Shown here: positions 35,664 through 46,205 of the stretch, in pieces
Layout: every line of letters starts with the position of its first letter
Position numbering within the stretch: position 1 is the first letter of the stretch
Assembly (NCBI GenBank): GCA_022709735.1
Contig: JAKLIG010000001.1
Span: 128,586 to 192,585, forward strand
Reading direction: 5' to 3'
Length of the DNA stretch: 64,000 nucleotides
Source: Patescibacteria group bacterium
GTDB lineage: Bacteria; Patescibacteriota; Minisyncoccia; Moranbacterales; UBA2206
Position numbers and translations under genes: made by a program
The notes under the pieces: generated by a model
What the model was told of the DNA's origin: nothing
The model's input: only the letters and a program-made list of their open reading frames with translations
Databases searched by the model: none

Positions 35664-36485
35664 ATGAAGGGGATTATTCTCTCGGGTGGGACAGCCACAA
35701 GACTGTTTCCGCTCACAGCAACAACTTCAAAGCAACTTCTTCCGGTTTATGACCGGCAAATGATTTTTTATCCGCTTAACACGCTAATTAAGGCTGGAAT
35801 AAGGGATATTTTGATAATTGTGGCGCCGGAACATTCCGGTCAATATTTGAATCTTTTAGGTTCAATTTTCAAAAATCATGGTGTTAACATTTACTTTGAA
35901 GTCCAAAAAACGCCTCGCGGTCTTGCCGATGCTTTCATCATGGGAGAAAATTTTATCAATAAAGATAATGTCGCTATGATTTTAGGCGACAATATTTTTG
36001 AAGACGATTTAAATGAAAGTATTAGCAATTTTTCAAAAGGCGGAATGGTTTTTGCCAAAGAAGTTCCGGATCCGGAAAGATTTGGAGTGGTAGATTTTGA
36101 TGAGTCGGGAAAAGCTTTGACTATTGAAGAAAAACCAAAAAATCCTAAAAGCAACTATGCTGTAACCGGACTTTATGTTTATGATAACCGCGTAGTTGAA
36201 ATTGCCAAAAACCTAAAACCTTCTGTTCGGGGAGAAATTGAAATCACTGATATAAATAATGAATATTTGAAACTAGGCGAATTGATCGTGAATAAAATAA
36301 ATGGCGTTTGGCTTGATGCCGGAACGCACGACGCACTTCTGGAAGCTAGCAATATTGTTAAGGAAAAAGGAATTTCTCAAAATTTCCATCCTATAATTAA
36401 TGAAGCGATTGAAGAATTTGATCTGCGATTGAAAAATCTAGCCAAAGCGACCTTGGAAGCACATAATTTAATTTTACGAAAATAA
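35664..36485 (+). CDS. rmlA: Glucose-1-phosphate thymidylyltransferase-like nucleotidyltransferase (RmlA family)
   Basis: MKGIILSGGTATRLFPLT...KQLLPVYDRQMIFYPL matches RmlA N-terminus; shorter C-terminus. Confidence 0.65.
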   Translation: MKGIILSGGTATRLFPLTATTSKQLLPVYDRQMIFYPLNTLIKAGIRDILIIVAPEHSGQYLNLLGSIFKNHGVNIYFEVQKTPRGLADAFIMGENFINKDNVAMILGDNIFEDDLNESISNFSKGGMVFAKEVPDPERFGVVDFDESGKALTIEEKPKNPKSNYAVTGLYVYDNRVVEIAKNLKPSVRGEIEITDINNEYLKLGELIVNKINGVWLDAGTHDALLEASNIVKEKGISQNFHPIINEAIEEFDLRLKNLAKATLEAHNLILRK

Positions 36486-37969
36486 TGGATACAAAACCAA
36501 AAATTCATCTTGATTCTTTTGAGGAATATCGAATTTCTATTCTAAGACACATAGAATGGATGCTTAAGCATTATTATAAAAATGTTAAAAATATAACAAT
36601 AAAAGACATAAAAAAAGACGAACAAGAAATAAATGCTTATGATAATTTTGACTATCTGGAGCCGATAAGTTCCGAAAGGATAATTATTTTGGATGATGAC
36701 AAAATGAGTTCTGCTATGGCCGAAAAAGCAATACTAGATGGAAAATTTCTTTGGGAACATACGGCAGCTGGCGAAGCAACTCGGTTGGGCCTAGGAACAA
36801 AATATCTCCTAAATCTCAATCAGTTTACATTGAAAGAAGTGATTTATCATATGCGTCAGGAAGCGATTAGGGAGTTAGAGAAAAAGAATTTAAACAGCAA
36901 AGAACTTCTTGAGGGAAAAAGAAAAATTAATAAGGAAATAAATGAAAAAAATATTTTGGAAATTGCCGGTCAAGATCCTAGAAAATCAATGAATTTATCA
37001 TTGGGCAACCGACATATGATACAAATGGCTTATGATGTTTGTCAAATTGCTAAAAGAAATAATAAAAATCCCAAAAAAATATTGGAGAAGCAGAGTGTTA
37101 TCATGATTCTCAACGAACAAACAGCCGAGGAAATATTAGAAGAGTTTAAGAAATTTAATTTTTTTGGGCTGAAACCTAAGAATGTATACTTTATGATTCA
37201 GAGAAGTTTTCATGGAATTTATATAAAAGAAGGCAGTTTATACTATGATCAAACGACAGAAAGAAATAAGCGATTGCATAATCATGGGCAAATGGTTATG
37301 CAAAAAATTCATGACAATGTTATTTTTCGAGTCGATCAAAAAAATACCAGCAAGAGAGAATTTGTATCAAATGGTGAATTTGAGAAACTCTTAGCTTTTC
37401 ACGACGATATGCTTTCTTACAATGTTGAAGATTTAGGATATCTGACTTGTTCAATTGATTTGCCTAGCCTTTCTTTGGCGCTTGATTTGGGTAAAAAGGG
37501 ATATAATATGGTCATGGAAATTGTTGCTCAAAATCAAATAAAGCCACAAAAGGGTGGAGCTTGTTTTTTTGATAAAAAAGCCAAAAGAGTAGTTATGATT
37601 GAGACCAACCAACTGAAAAATATAAAAAATGAAGATATAAAACATCTTAACAAAAATTTTAATCATTATCCAAATCCTGTTGAATCTTTTAGAGTTCTCA
37701 AAGAAAAAGGTTTGCCAATCTCTTTTGAAGTAAAAAGCGCTTATAACCAAAGCGGTGATAAACAGGATTATATTTATGCTAATCCAGTTCAGGGCAACAT
37801 CAATTTTTTAGTCAAAACTGCTTATGTTATGAGAAAAAATTTAAAACCAATTTATAGCTGGAAATCGCCGGCAACTACTTCACTAGCTATTAGAGCTGTT
37901 TTTGAGCAGGATGCTCAACCTGGTTTTCTCGAATTTGTTAAAAAAATTAAGAAAGGGAAAATTTGTTAA
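36485..37969 (+). CDS. Putative UTP-sugar-1-phosphate uridylyltransferase-like protein (UDPGP family?)
   Basis: AAGEATRLGLGTKY resembles G(G/Q)GTRLG pyrophosphorylase loop; KPQKGGACFFD; weak. Confidence 0.35.
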   Translation: MDTKPKIHLDSFEEYRISILRHIEWMLKHYYKNVKNITIKDIKKDEQEINAYDNFDYLEPISSERIIILDDDKMSSAMAEKAILDGKFLWEHTAAGEATRLGLGTKYLLNLNQFTLKEVIYHMRQEAIRELEKKNLNSKELLEGKRKINKEINEKNILEIAGQDPRKSMNLSLGNRHMIQMAYDVCQIAKRNNKNPKKILEKQSVIMILNEQTAEEILEEFKKFNFFGLKPKNVYFMIQRSFHGIYIKEGSLYYDQTTERNKRLHNHGQMVMQKIHDNVIFRVDQKNTSKREFVSNGEFEKLLAFHDDMLSYNVEDLGYLTCSIDLPSLSLALDLGKKGYNMVMEIVAQNQIKPQKGGACFFDKKAKRVVMIETNQLKNIKNEDIKHLNKNFNHYPNPVESFRVLKEKGLPISFEVKSAYNQSGDKQDYIYANPVQGNINFLVKTAYVMRKNLKPIYSWKSPATTSLAIRAVFEQDAQPGFLEFVKKIKKGKIC

Positions 37970-37970
37970 C

Positions 37971-39089
37971 ATGAAAATTGCTATTCAGGCGGCGGATTTG
38001 GATTGGTCGCGAATTGATGGAACAAGAGTTTATATTCTGAATCTCTTGAAATATTTTGGGAAGATTGATCCAGAAAGCCAGTTTCTAATTTACCATAAGA
38101 AAAATTTCAATCCGGAGCTTACCCCGCCGGATTTTTCAAATTACAAAGTTCTAGAAAAACCATTCCCGCTTTTCTGGACGCAAATCAAATTGTGCTACAG
38201 TCTTTTTCGGGAAAAACCGGATGCGCTTTGGATGCCGATGCACAACATCCCAATTTTTAGAAACAAAAAGGTAAAAACAACAGTCACTATCCATGACTTG
38301 GCTTTCAAATATTTTCCTGATCATTTTAGAAAGTTCGATTTAATTAAACTCAATCTCTTAGCCTCTTGGGCGATAAGAAAAAGCGACAAAATAATTGCGA
38401 TTTCTGAGGCATCAAAAAAAGATATTTTGAAATTTTATCCGGAAATTCAAGAAGATAAAATCAAAGTTATTTATCATGGCTTTGACAAGGAAATTTTTGA
38501 ACGCGAGAGGGATTTAGAAAAAGAACAAGAAATAAAAAATAAATTTAACATTCAAGGCAGATATATTTTGTATGTCGGCGCGCTTCAACCTAGGAAAAAT
38601 TTGAAAACATTAATAAGTGCGTTCGGAGAGCTTAAAAAAGAAGAAGAGTATAAAAATGTAAAACTGGTTTTGGCCGGAGAAAAAGCTTGGCTTTGGAAAG
38701 AAATTTTTGAACAGATAAAAAATAGCCCGGTTGCTTCAGAGATTATTACTCCGGGGAAAATAAAATTTTCTGATCTCGGGCATCTGATGCGTGGAGCGGA
38801 AATTTTCTGTTTCCCGTCGCTTTATGAGGGCTTTGGCATTCCGGTTCTCGAAGCCTTTATTTCAAAAGTTCCAGTAATTTGCGCTAGAAATTCTTCGCTT
38901 CCGGAAGTGGCGGGAGAAGCGGCGCTCTATTTTGAACCGAAAAATCAAATTGAATTAGCTCAACAAATAAAAAAAGTTCTGGATGATTCAGAACTTCGAA
39001 ATAGTTTGATTGCGAAAGGCTTGGAGCAAGCGAAAAAGTTTTCTTGGGAAAAGTGCGCGCGAGAAACCCTAGATTATATCAAAAGCTGA
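37971..39089 (+). CDS. Glycosyltransferase family 4 (GT-B, group 1)
   Basis: EGFGIPVLEAFISKVPVICARNSSLPEVAG; start moved to ATG 37971. Confidence 0.8.
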   Translation: MKIAIQAADLDWSRIDGTRVYILNLLKYFGKIDPESQFLIYHKKNFNPELTPPDFSNYKVLEKPFPLFWTQIKLCYSLFREKPDALWMPMHNIPIFRNKKVKTTVTIHDLAFKYFPDHFRKFDLIKLNLLASWAIRKSDKIIAISEASKKDILKFYPEIQEDKIKVIYHGFDKEIFERERDLEKEQEIKNKFNIQGRYILYVGALQPRKNLKTLISAFGELKKEEEYKNVKLVLAGEKAWLWKEIFEQIKNSPVASEIITPGKIKFSDLGHLMRGAEIFCFPSLYEGFGIPVLEAFISKVPVICARNSSLPEVAGEAALYFEPKNQIELAQQIKKVLDDSELRNSLIAKGLEQAKKFSWEKCARETLDYIKS

Positions 39090-39506
39090 TTATTGGTTAT
39101 TTGAAGAATTAATTGTTTGATGAAATAGAAAAAATAAAACAATTAAAGCAAAGACGGAGATGGGAATCAAAAGAAACATTCCTAAATCTCTGAAAGAATT
39201 CACAATCAAGGCGGTAGAGATAATAAACAAAAATATTACTTTTTTGTTCCAAATTTTATCGCTATTTTCAAGGGCGGGCAAGATATCAGACGAATTTATT
39301 TTGCCCAAATAACTTATCAGCAAAAGAAGAACAAAAAGAGCAATTATAATTTTTGCCAGAAAAAAACTGCTGAAAAAAAAGTTTGGCATTATAACTTGGA
39401 TAACGGTTAGCCCCAGGATAGCCAAAAGCCACAAGATCAAAATTTCATAAAGCAATTTATATGACAGCAACCCAAGCTGTTTTTTAGTTCGTTGTTCCAT
39501 AGCCAT
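39090..39506 (-). CDS. Small membrane protein (4 TM), hypothetical
   Basis: Last gene of five-gene minus-strand operon. Confidence 0.4.
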   Translation of the reverse strand: MAMEQRTKKQLGLLSYKLLYEILILWLLAILGLTVIQVIMPNFFFSSFFLAKIIIALFVLLLLISYLGKINSSDILPALENSDKIWNKKVIFLFIISTALIVNSFRDLGMFLLIPISVFALIVLFFLFHQTINSSNNQ

Positions 39507-40794
39507 AATTTGTTAGAAATCTTTGTTTAATAATCGAAAGCGTATCGCGCAAATTGAGCCAATTTATTTTTTTGGAAAAAACAGCGCGAGTAGCAGAAAT
39601 TTCCAAATCAGGAGAGGATTGGATTTTAAATTGATAATCTTTTCCTGGGGCTTGGCCTAAATTTTCGATGAATGACTTGCAACCATAGGAATTGAATGGC
39701 CATAATTTTTTCTGAAGCGCGCAAGCAGTTTGAAATTCCAAACTTTTTTCCTGGGCAATAATTGGTTTTCTTTTTGAATAAATTTTCAAGATATTTTCTC
39801 CTCTTATTTCTTTTTTGCTTTGTCCGAAAATCAGATAATATTTATTTGAATCCTGGGCAAAAAATACTGTTCCGGATGGATGAGGGCGACTTATTGAGAA
39901 TACTTTATCGCGCTGATATAGGCCGATCTCTTCTTCATTAGCAGGAATAATATCTTCCCAATTATAACCCAGGGCTAGAAAAGTTTCTGGATTGTTAAAG
40001 GGAACGACTTTTTCATCAATAACTAAAAATACTCCAATATCAAAAGAAAGAAGCGTTCCATTGGCAAATCCAATCGGGTTGTCTTGATTGACGGTATATT
40101 TTTTCAAAAATTCTTCATCTTTGGTTAGCGCTTGGCTTTTTTCAAAATATGAGAGAAAAGCTTTTTCACTCACAAACGGATGAAGAATATCAGAAGAAAG
40201 TTTATAATAAGTATTGTCAATCAAAAACAGAGAATCGCTTGGATATTTTTCCGCACTAATTATATCTTCGCCCTTTTCGGAATATTCGATTTCTTCAGTC
40301 GTGGCATCTTGGAAATTTTCTTCGGTATAACCTAGCGCGCTTATAATTTTAGCTCCCGCAAATTTTCGAATTTTCCCATCTGATACTAGAAAAAAATTTT
40401 TGGAATTTTTGAGCAAACTTCCGTTTGGAAAACTAGCTGGACTTTCATCTTCCGGATAAGAAAAAGCGCTATAGGTTTTTCGAATAGCTATTTGTTTTTG
40501 GGATAAATCAGACTGATTTTTTTTAGTGATTATTTGAAAATCAATAATAGAAAAATTTTCTTTTGTATAAGCGCTAAAAAGACTTTCATCGGAAGAAGTA
40601 TTTTCATAACCCAACGGATTTTCTTTGACGCGCTGGCCATTTAAGTTAATAGAAAAATCTAAGGAAGGAAAGAGTGTGCGGTTTAGAAAAAATATGGCAG
40701 AAAAAATAAAAATAATATAAACAAGAATTCGCCCGACAAGATAAATTTTTTGCCAAGCTGGTTCCAGCTTTATGTTTTTTGTAAAATCAAGCAT
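39484..40794 (-). CDS. Membrane-anchored extracytoplasmic protein, hypothetical
   Basis: N-terminal TM then 400-aa soluble region; overlaps neighbours. Confidence 0.4.
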   Translation of the reverse strand: MLDFTKNIKLEPAWQKIYLVGRILVYIIFIFSAIFFLNRTLFPSLDFSINLNGQRVKENPLGYENTSSDESLFSAYTKENFSIIDFQIITKKNQSDLSQKQIAIRKTYSAFSYPEDESPASFPNGSLLKNSKNFFLVSDGKIRKFAGAKIISALGYTEENFQDATTEEIEYSEKGEDIISAEKYPSDSLFLIDNTYYKLSSDILHPFVSEKAFLSYFEKSQALTKDEEFLKKYTVNQDNPIGFANGTLLSFDIGVFLVIDEKVVPFNNPETFLALGYNWEDIIPANEEEIGLYQRDKVFSISRPHPSGTVFFAQDSNKYYLIFGQSKKEIRGENILKIYSKRKPIIAQEKSLEFQTACALQKKLWPFNSYGCKSFIENLGQAPGKDYQFKIQSSPDLEISATRAVFSKKINWLNLRDTLSIIKQRFLTNYGYGTTN

Positions 40795-42533
40795 TATTTT
40801 AATAGATAAATTTTGCCCAAAACTAATTGATTCTCAACTTTAGGTAAGTTTTTGCTGGCAAAATTTTTCAATATATTATTTTCTATAGAATAATCTTTAA
40901 CTGGAATTAATCTTTCCATAATACCGTTTTTCGAATAAAATTCCAAATTGTCATTGGGGATGATGAAATAAACCCCAGTAAATTTTTCAAGATCAATTTT
41001 TTCTAAATCTTTTGGATTGAAAAAATAAACTGCTTGTTTTTTGTAGATAAAATTTAGAGGACCACTCATCATCGACCAATTGTCGCCAGTTGCTTTTTGA
41101 TCAACAAGGACGAGATCGGTTTCTTTGAAATTATCACTGATTTTTCCAATTTGTGAAAGCAGATTTTTATTTGGAATAAAACCTAGAAAAAAACAAAGCA
41201 GGCCCAAATTTACAATTATTAGCAGAGCATAAAAAAAGCGGGAAAATATTTTTTTGGAAAAATAATTTTCTAAAAAAATTACGGAATAGAGGATGCTGAT
41301 TGGAATTACAGCAAACATAAAGCGACGGAGCATCCAAGGGTGGTCGCTGGAAATGTTGGGGAAAATAACATAAATGAAAGCGGGCAAAACAACAAGATAG
41401 GGGATGAGCAATTCGATTTTTTTCTGGCGGAGAGCAAAGAAAAATCCAGCCAGTCCCAAGAGAAAAAAAGTCAATAGCCCATAAAGATAAAAAATACCTA
41501 AAACTTTCCAAGCTGAAAAAATATCAGATGAGAAAGAAATTTTTTCTCCTGAATTAATAAAAGGTTTCAAAACAGCCTTAGCTAGGAATGTGAAAAATTG
41601 CCAGTCGATAAAAATGTTTGCAATATATAAGGCAAAAATTCCAAAAATCAAAAAAATTATTTTTTTATCTAAAACTTTTCTGATTTCTGGCTGTTTTTTA
41701 AATTTCCAAAAAAGTAAAAGCATCGTCATTGCTAAAAAAGCCAGACCTTCAATGCGAGTAAAAATAAGCAATCCAAAAGCTGAAACAAAAACGATAAAAT
41801 AAAGTTTTTTTGGATCATCCCAAAAGACAGCGAAAAAATAAAGACCCAGCCAAACCAGCGCCAGCGCCAAATTTTCGCTCAAGGTGAACTTAAAAAACCA
41901 AAAGGAGGTAAAGGCAGTAGCGGTCAAAAGCCAGGCTAGCCAGGCGGAAAATGAAGTTAAAAAACGCTTAGCTAAAAGATAAAAAGCGCAAGAAAAAAGA
42001 AAAAAGGAAGCTCCATTAGCGATTATTAGCCCAGAAAGCCCAAAAAGAGCGAAAAAAGTAGCTAGCCAAGCGATATAGCCAAGTGGAAATTGGGTTATCA
42101 AGTTGCCTTCCTCGGTATAGCTAAAACCGGGAAAATTCAAAGCTTGGCCAGGGCCGTAAAGTTTGAAAAATTCTTTTTCGGCCGGAAAGGAAAAAGTCAG
42201 CTGATGATTTTGGGAAAGTCGGATAGCGGCCTCACTTAGTGATCCTTGATCACGGCCGGAAAAAATGGTTGGGCTGGAAAAGAAGGAGAAAATTCCGATT
42301 AAAATTAAAGCGGAAGCTATAAAAAATATTTCGTTTTTTGAAATTTTAATTTTTCCAAAATTTTTCCAAAGCAAATAAGCAAAAAATAAAACAGCAAAAA
42401 AAATGTAGGTCAAGAGAATAACTTTATAAAAAAAGCCAAGAAGAGTTAAAATTAAAGAGAGCCAAGCAAAACCTAAAAACAAAAGAATAAAGATGGAAAG
42501 CAGTTCTTTTTTAGAAAGGAAATTTTTAAACAT
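40794..42533 (-). CDS. Polytopic membrane protein, possible GT-C glycosyltransferase
   Basis: at least 12 TM, first extracytoplasmic loop FSGRDQGSLSEAA; paralogous arrangement to 43233-44738. Confidence 0.35.
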   Translation of the reverse strand: MFKNFLSKKELLSIFILLFLGFAWLSLILTLLGFFYKVILLTYIFFAVLFFAYLLWKNFGKIKISKNEIFFIASALILIGIFSFFSSPTIFSGRDQGSLSEAAIRLSQNHQLTFSFPAEKEFFKLYGPGQALNFPGFSYTEEGNLITQFPLGYIAWLATFFALFGLSGLIIANGASFFLFSCAFYLLAKRFLTSFSAWLAWLLTATAFTSFWFFKFTLSENLALALVWLGLYFFAVFWDDPKKLYFIVFVSAFGLLIFTRIEGLAFLAMTMLLLFWKFKKQPEIRKVLDKKIIFLIFGIFALYIANIFIDWQFFTFLAKAVLKPFINSGEKISFSSDIFSAWKVLGIFYLYGLLTFFLLGLAGFFFALRQKKIELLIPYLVVLPAFIYVIFPNISSDHPWMLRRFMFAVIPISILYSVIFLENYFSKKIFSRFFYALLIIVNLGLLCFFLGFIPNKNLLSQIGKISDNFKETDLVLVDQKATGDNWSMMSGPLNFIYKKQAVYFFNPKDLEKIDLEKFTGVYFIIPNDNLEFYSKNGIMERLIPVKDYSIENNILKNFASKNLPKVENQLVLGKIYLLK

Positions 42534-42606
42534 AATTAATTATAGTATAAGGTTATTTTCTGCTTTTGACAAAGTATTTTAAAAGTCTCAAGTCCTAAAT
42601 AAAAAA

Positions 42607-43236
42607 TTAAAATATAATCAGTATAACTACCAAAAAAATTGAAAGAATAATAAAGCTAATAAAAATAGCCCAAAGGTAATAATGCTTGAAAAACCAAGGC
42701 TTATATTGGGAAATTCGTTGATTGAGTTCGTAAAAATTTTCTAAAATGCTGGTATTTTTATATCCCGGTCGCATAGTTAATTGATCATTCAGTGTGTAAA
42801 CCTGAAGATTTTTAGCATTTGTTTCTTGGGGTTTATATTCTAAAATAAGACAGTATTTCTTGCCTTTCGAATCAGCTATTTTTGAAAATTTAAGTCTATA
42901 GAGATCTTTTCTCCCTAAATAAGAAAATTCAGCCGAACCTTCCCTCTCAATTTCAGTGCAGTTTTCTTGCGCCAACTTAAATTTGACTGCTTTCGGATTT
43001 CCAAGTTTTTTTCCTCCACCAAGCAAAATTTCAATTTCGGCCAAATTGGAGCGAGTAGAAATAAATTTACTTGAAAATGGTTGCTGGGGCGAAATTTTTA
43101 TATCAGAATTTTTTTCAAGGCTGTCTTCAAAAAAAATCAATTCTTTTTCAAAGCGAACGAAGATAAAAAATAAGAAAACCGCTAAAGCTATCAGCAATAG
43201 TAATTTTCCAGAAAATTTTGATGCAAAAAATTTCAT
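42607..43236 (-). CDS. Bitopic membrane protein, hypothetical
   Basis: N- and C-terminal TM with 150-aa intervening domain. Confidence 0.35.
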   Translation of the reverse strand: MKFFASKFSGKLLLLIALAVFLFFIFVRFEKELIFFEDSLEKNSDIKISPQQPFSSKFISTRSNLAEIEILLGGGKKLGNPKAVKFKLAQENCTEIEREGSAEFSYLGRKDLYRLKFSKIADSKGKKYCLILEYKPQETNAKNLQVYTLNDQLTMRPGYKNTSILENFYELNQRISQYKPWFFKHYYLWAIFISFIILSIFLVVILIIF

Positions 43237-44738
43237 AGATAAAAATCCAAAATTATAAAATTAAACAAATAATGCATAAAAAATACGAACATCAAAACTA
43301 GTCCGACGGACAAAACAAAGTCAAAATGTATTTCTTTTTTAATTGCTTTCAAAATCATTCCAAGGCCGACAAAAACAAGGGAGATGTGCAGAGCTAAATT
43401 TGGAAAAAAATAACGGCCGGGAGTCTGTAGTTCTAACTCTCCGAATTTGGCAAAGTATTTCCAATCGGCCGCTCGAATGCCAGCTTGAAGAGCGATAAGC
43501 ATCAGGATGAAAAACAAAACATATTTTTTTTCCGGCAAAAATTCAGGTCTTTTTTTGGAAAAAATGAAAATAAAAAGCCCGATAATGGAAATAAACTGAA
43601 TACTCCAGATTATATTAAGCAAATAATTGGAAGTCCAGCTTTTAATAGGAAATTCTCCCCAATAAGTTTTTGAAGATAGAGTCAATAAGCCCGGTTCAAT
43701 ATTTTTCATAAAATATTGAGTAAAACTAGAAATAATTTCATTGAAATTTCCCGCCAATGGCAAATATTTCTGAAAAATTAACAAAATACAAATAGGGGAA
43801 ATTGCCAAAAGAAAATACAGCCAATACTTTTTTGAATAATTTTCAAAAAATCTTTTTTTATAAAAAAGAAGGAAAGGGATTATAAAAATAAAAACGGCTA
43901 AAAGAATAAACGCGGTTCCCTTGGTCCAGATTCCTAAAAAAATAGCCAAAAGCATTAAGGATAAATTTTTCCAATTTAACCCATTTTTGATAAATAACAC
44001 CGCACCCAGGGTAAAAAGAGCGAAAAAAAGAATTAGAAAAGCATCATAATTTATATAAGCGTAATAAAAAGAAAATCGGGGCTGAAAAGATATAATTGCA
44101 GTAAGAAGAAAGCTATGTTTTTGGGAAAAACCGGAATTTTTCAAAATTAAGTAAAAAATAAAAATAACGATTGTTCCAAGCAGGGCAGAAAAAACTCTAA
44201 GCGCATAAAACCTAATCAGGATGCTTTCTTTTCCGAGTAATTTTTCAATTTCGGCGGTCAACTTATGATAAAAGCTTCTTCCGGAAGAAGCCATATTAAC
44301 AGGATAGTCAGTATTATATTGCTTCCATGGCCGGCTGTTTATTTCGGTTTCATTTTTTCCTGCAAAGCCTTCGCCGAAAAGATTATTTTTATAAAGATCG
44401 CATTTATCTTCTCCGCCTACACAACGGATTTTTTCGGCAGTTTTTTTAATCTCCTCTGTATAGTTGAAACGTTGGACCAAATCTCCGTTTTTGATTTCTT
44501 TCTTTTCATTTTTTGGCCAATTTTTTTCTTCTGGTTCGGCTAGATATTGAATGGTATTGTAATGGCGGGCTTCATCATAGCCATTGAAAATTGGGAGAAC
44601 AGCGATAAGCGCCAATTCCTTAAGAAGAAAAATCAGTAAAATCAAAGCCAGGATGAAGCCTGGTTTTTTGCAAAAATTCTTAATTTTTTGAAAACTTGAC
44701 ATATAATCTATTATAATATTTAAAATCCTTTTTGCCAA
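43233..44738 (-). CDS. ArnT/PMT-like GT-C membrane glycosyltransferase (GT83/GT39-like)
   Basis: First loop NGYDEARHYN matches DE(A/T)RY motif of ArnT/PMT enzymes; at least 11 TM. Confidence 0.5.
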   Translation of the reverse strand: MAKRILNIIIDYMSSFQKIKNFCKKPGFILALILLIFLLKELALIAVLPIFNGYDEARHYNTIQYLAEPEEKNWPKNEKKEIKNGDLVQRFNYTEEIKKTAEKIRCVGGEDKCDLYKNNLFGEGFAGKNETEINSRPWKQYNTDYPVNMASSGRSFYHKLTAEIEKLLGKESILIRFYALRVFSALLGTIVIFIFYLILKNSGFSQKHSFLLTAIISFQPRFSFYYAYINYDAFLILFFALFTLGAVLFIKNGLNWKNLSLMLLAIFLGIWTKGTAFILLAVFIFIIPFLLFYKKRFFENYSKKYWLYFLLAISPICILLIFQKYLPLAGNFNEIISSFTQYFMKNIEPGLLTLSSKTYWGEFPIKSWTSNYLLNIIWSIQFISIIGLFIFIFSKKRPEFLPEKKYVLFFILMLIALQAGIRAADWKYFAKFGELELQTPGRYFFPNLALHISLVFVGLGMILKAIKKEIHFDFVLSVGLVLMFVFFMHYLFNFIILDFYL

Positions 44739-44798
44739 TATCTAATATTTAAGTTAAAATAAAATAGCGCGTAATTTTTTAAATTAGTAAAAAAATAA

Positions 44799-46190
44799 AT
44801 GAAAAATTTTTTTAACAGAAGAATGGTGATAATAATCGGACTCATTCTAATTTTGGCAGCGGGGGGTTTTTATTTGTTTAATTTTGCCAAAAATAACAAG
44901 CAGAGCATCGCAATAAAGTCCTTGTCGGCGATTAATAAATTTTCAGGCCTTCTGCCGATTACGGATGATGAGAAAAAAGAATTGGATGTGATGAACACGC
45001 TAGTGGAAAAATTTACTCAAAAGGACGGAGTGACCAGAACTTTTCTATTGCTTCTTCAAAATAATATGGAGCTTCGCCCCGGAGGAGGTTTTTTGGGCCA
45101 ATATGCCATTTTAAAAGTTAAGGATGGGGAAGTTCTTTCAACTTTTTTTGAAGATGCTAATCTTTTGGATCAAAGAATAACTGCTAAAGTTGCCCCGCCT
45201 TTTCCTTTTACTAAGATGATGCAACTTAAGAAATGGAAATTTCGAGATTCAAATTTTTCGCCTGATTTTCCTATGAATGTTGATAAGGCTAAATATTTTT
45301 ATCGATTAGCCGGAGGGAACAGTAATTTTGACGGAGTGATTGCTGTTAATGCCAATGTTTTTAATGATATCTTGGAACTTACTGGTCCGATAACTGTTCC
45401 GGGTTATAATGTTTCTTTCAATAGCAAAGACGGCGCGCTGAAACTTGAAGAATATGTGGAAAAATATTACATTATGAATCCGGAAGTGGATACGCAAAAC
45501 CGAAAAATGATTATGAAAAAAATGGCGCCCCTTCTGGTTGAAAAACTTTTCAGTCTTGGAAATGTCACCAAGATAGCGGATTTAGTCCACAAAGAATTTG
45601 AAAACAGAAATATAATGGTTAATTTTAAAGATCCGGAACTGCAAAAAGCGATTGAAAGTGTTTATTGGGATGGTAAAGTAGCTAAGGATTGGGGTTCGGA
45701 TTATTTGATGATGGTAGATGCGAATATGGGAGCGCTGAAAACTGACTATTATATGAAGCGCCAAGTGGCTTATGATATAGATTTAACTGCGGAAAGGCCG
45801 ACTGTAACGCTAAATATTATATATAAAAATACGGCGACATTTGGAGATTGGCGAACAAGCGATTATCATTCCTATCTTAGAGTTTATGTTCCGAAAGGAT
45901 CAACTTTCTTGGAAAGCAAAATGGTGAGCTTGGCTAATCGAGGAGAGGAATTTGAAAAAACATATTTCGGTTTTATCTGCCATGTGCTTATCGGCCGGGA
46001 AACAAATGCAATGATAAAATATCAGCTACCGGACGGTTTCGATGTCAATAATTACCGGCTTTTGATTCAGAAACAATCCGGCGTGGAAAACATTCCAGTC
46101 AAAGTTCATCTCAAAAATAGCAAGGGGGAATATGATCAAGAACAAACGATGGATAAGGATTTGAAATTTGAATTTCAAAATGCGGATTAA
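44799..46190 (+). CDS. Membrane-anchored DUF4012-like protein
   Basis: N-terminal TM; LLLLQNNMELRPGGGFLGQYAIL resembles DUF4012 signature (from memory). Confidence 0.35.
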   Translation: MKNFFNRRMVIIIGLILILAAGGFYLFNFAKNNKQSIAIKSLSAINKFSGLLPITDDEKKELDVMNTLVEKFTQKDGVTRTFLLLLQNNMELRPGGGFLGQYAILKVKDGEVLSTFFEDANLLDQRITAKVAPPFPFTKMMQLKKWKFRDSNFSPDFPMNVDKAKYFYRLAGGNSNFDGVIAVNANVFNDILELTGPITVPGYNVSFNSKDGALKLEEYVEKYYIMNPEVDTQNRKMIMKKMAPLLVEKLFSLGNVTKIADLVHKEFENRNIMVNFKDPELQKAIESVYWDGKVAKDWGSDYLMMVDANMGALKTDYYMKRQVAYDIDLTAERPTVTLNIIYKNTATFGDWRTSDYHSYLRVYVPKGSTFLESKMVSLANRGEEFEKTYFGFICHVLIGRETNAMIKYQLPDGFDVNNYRLLIQKQSGVENIPVKVHLKNSKGEYDQEQTMDKDLKFEFQNAD

Positions 46191-46205
46191 CCATAGGCGT
46201 GAAAT

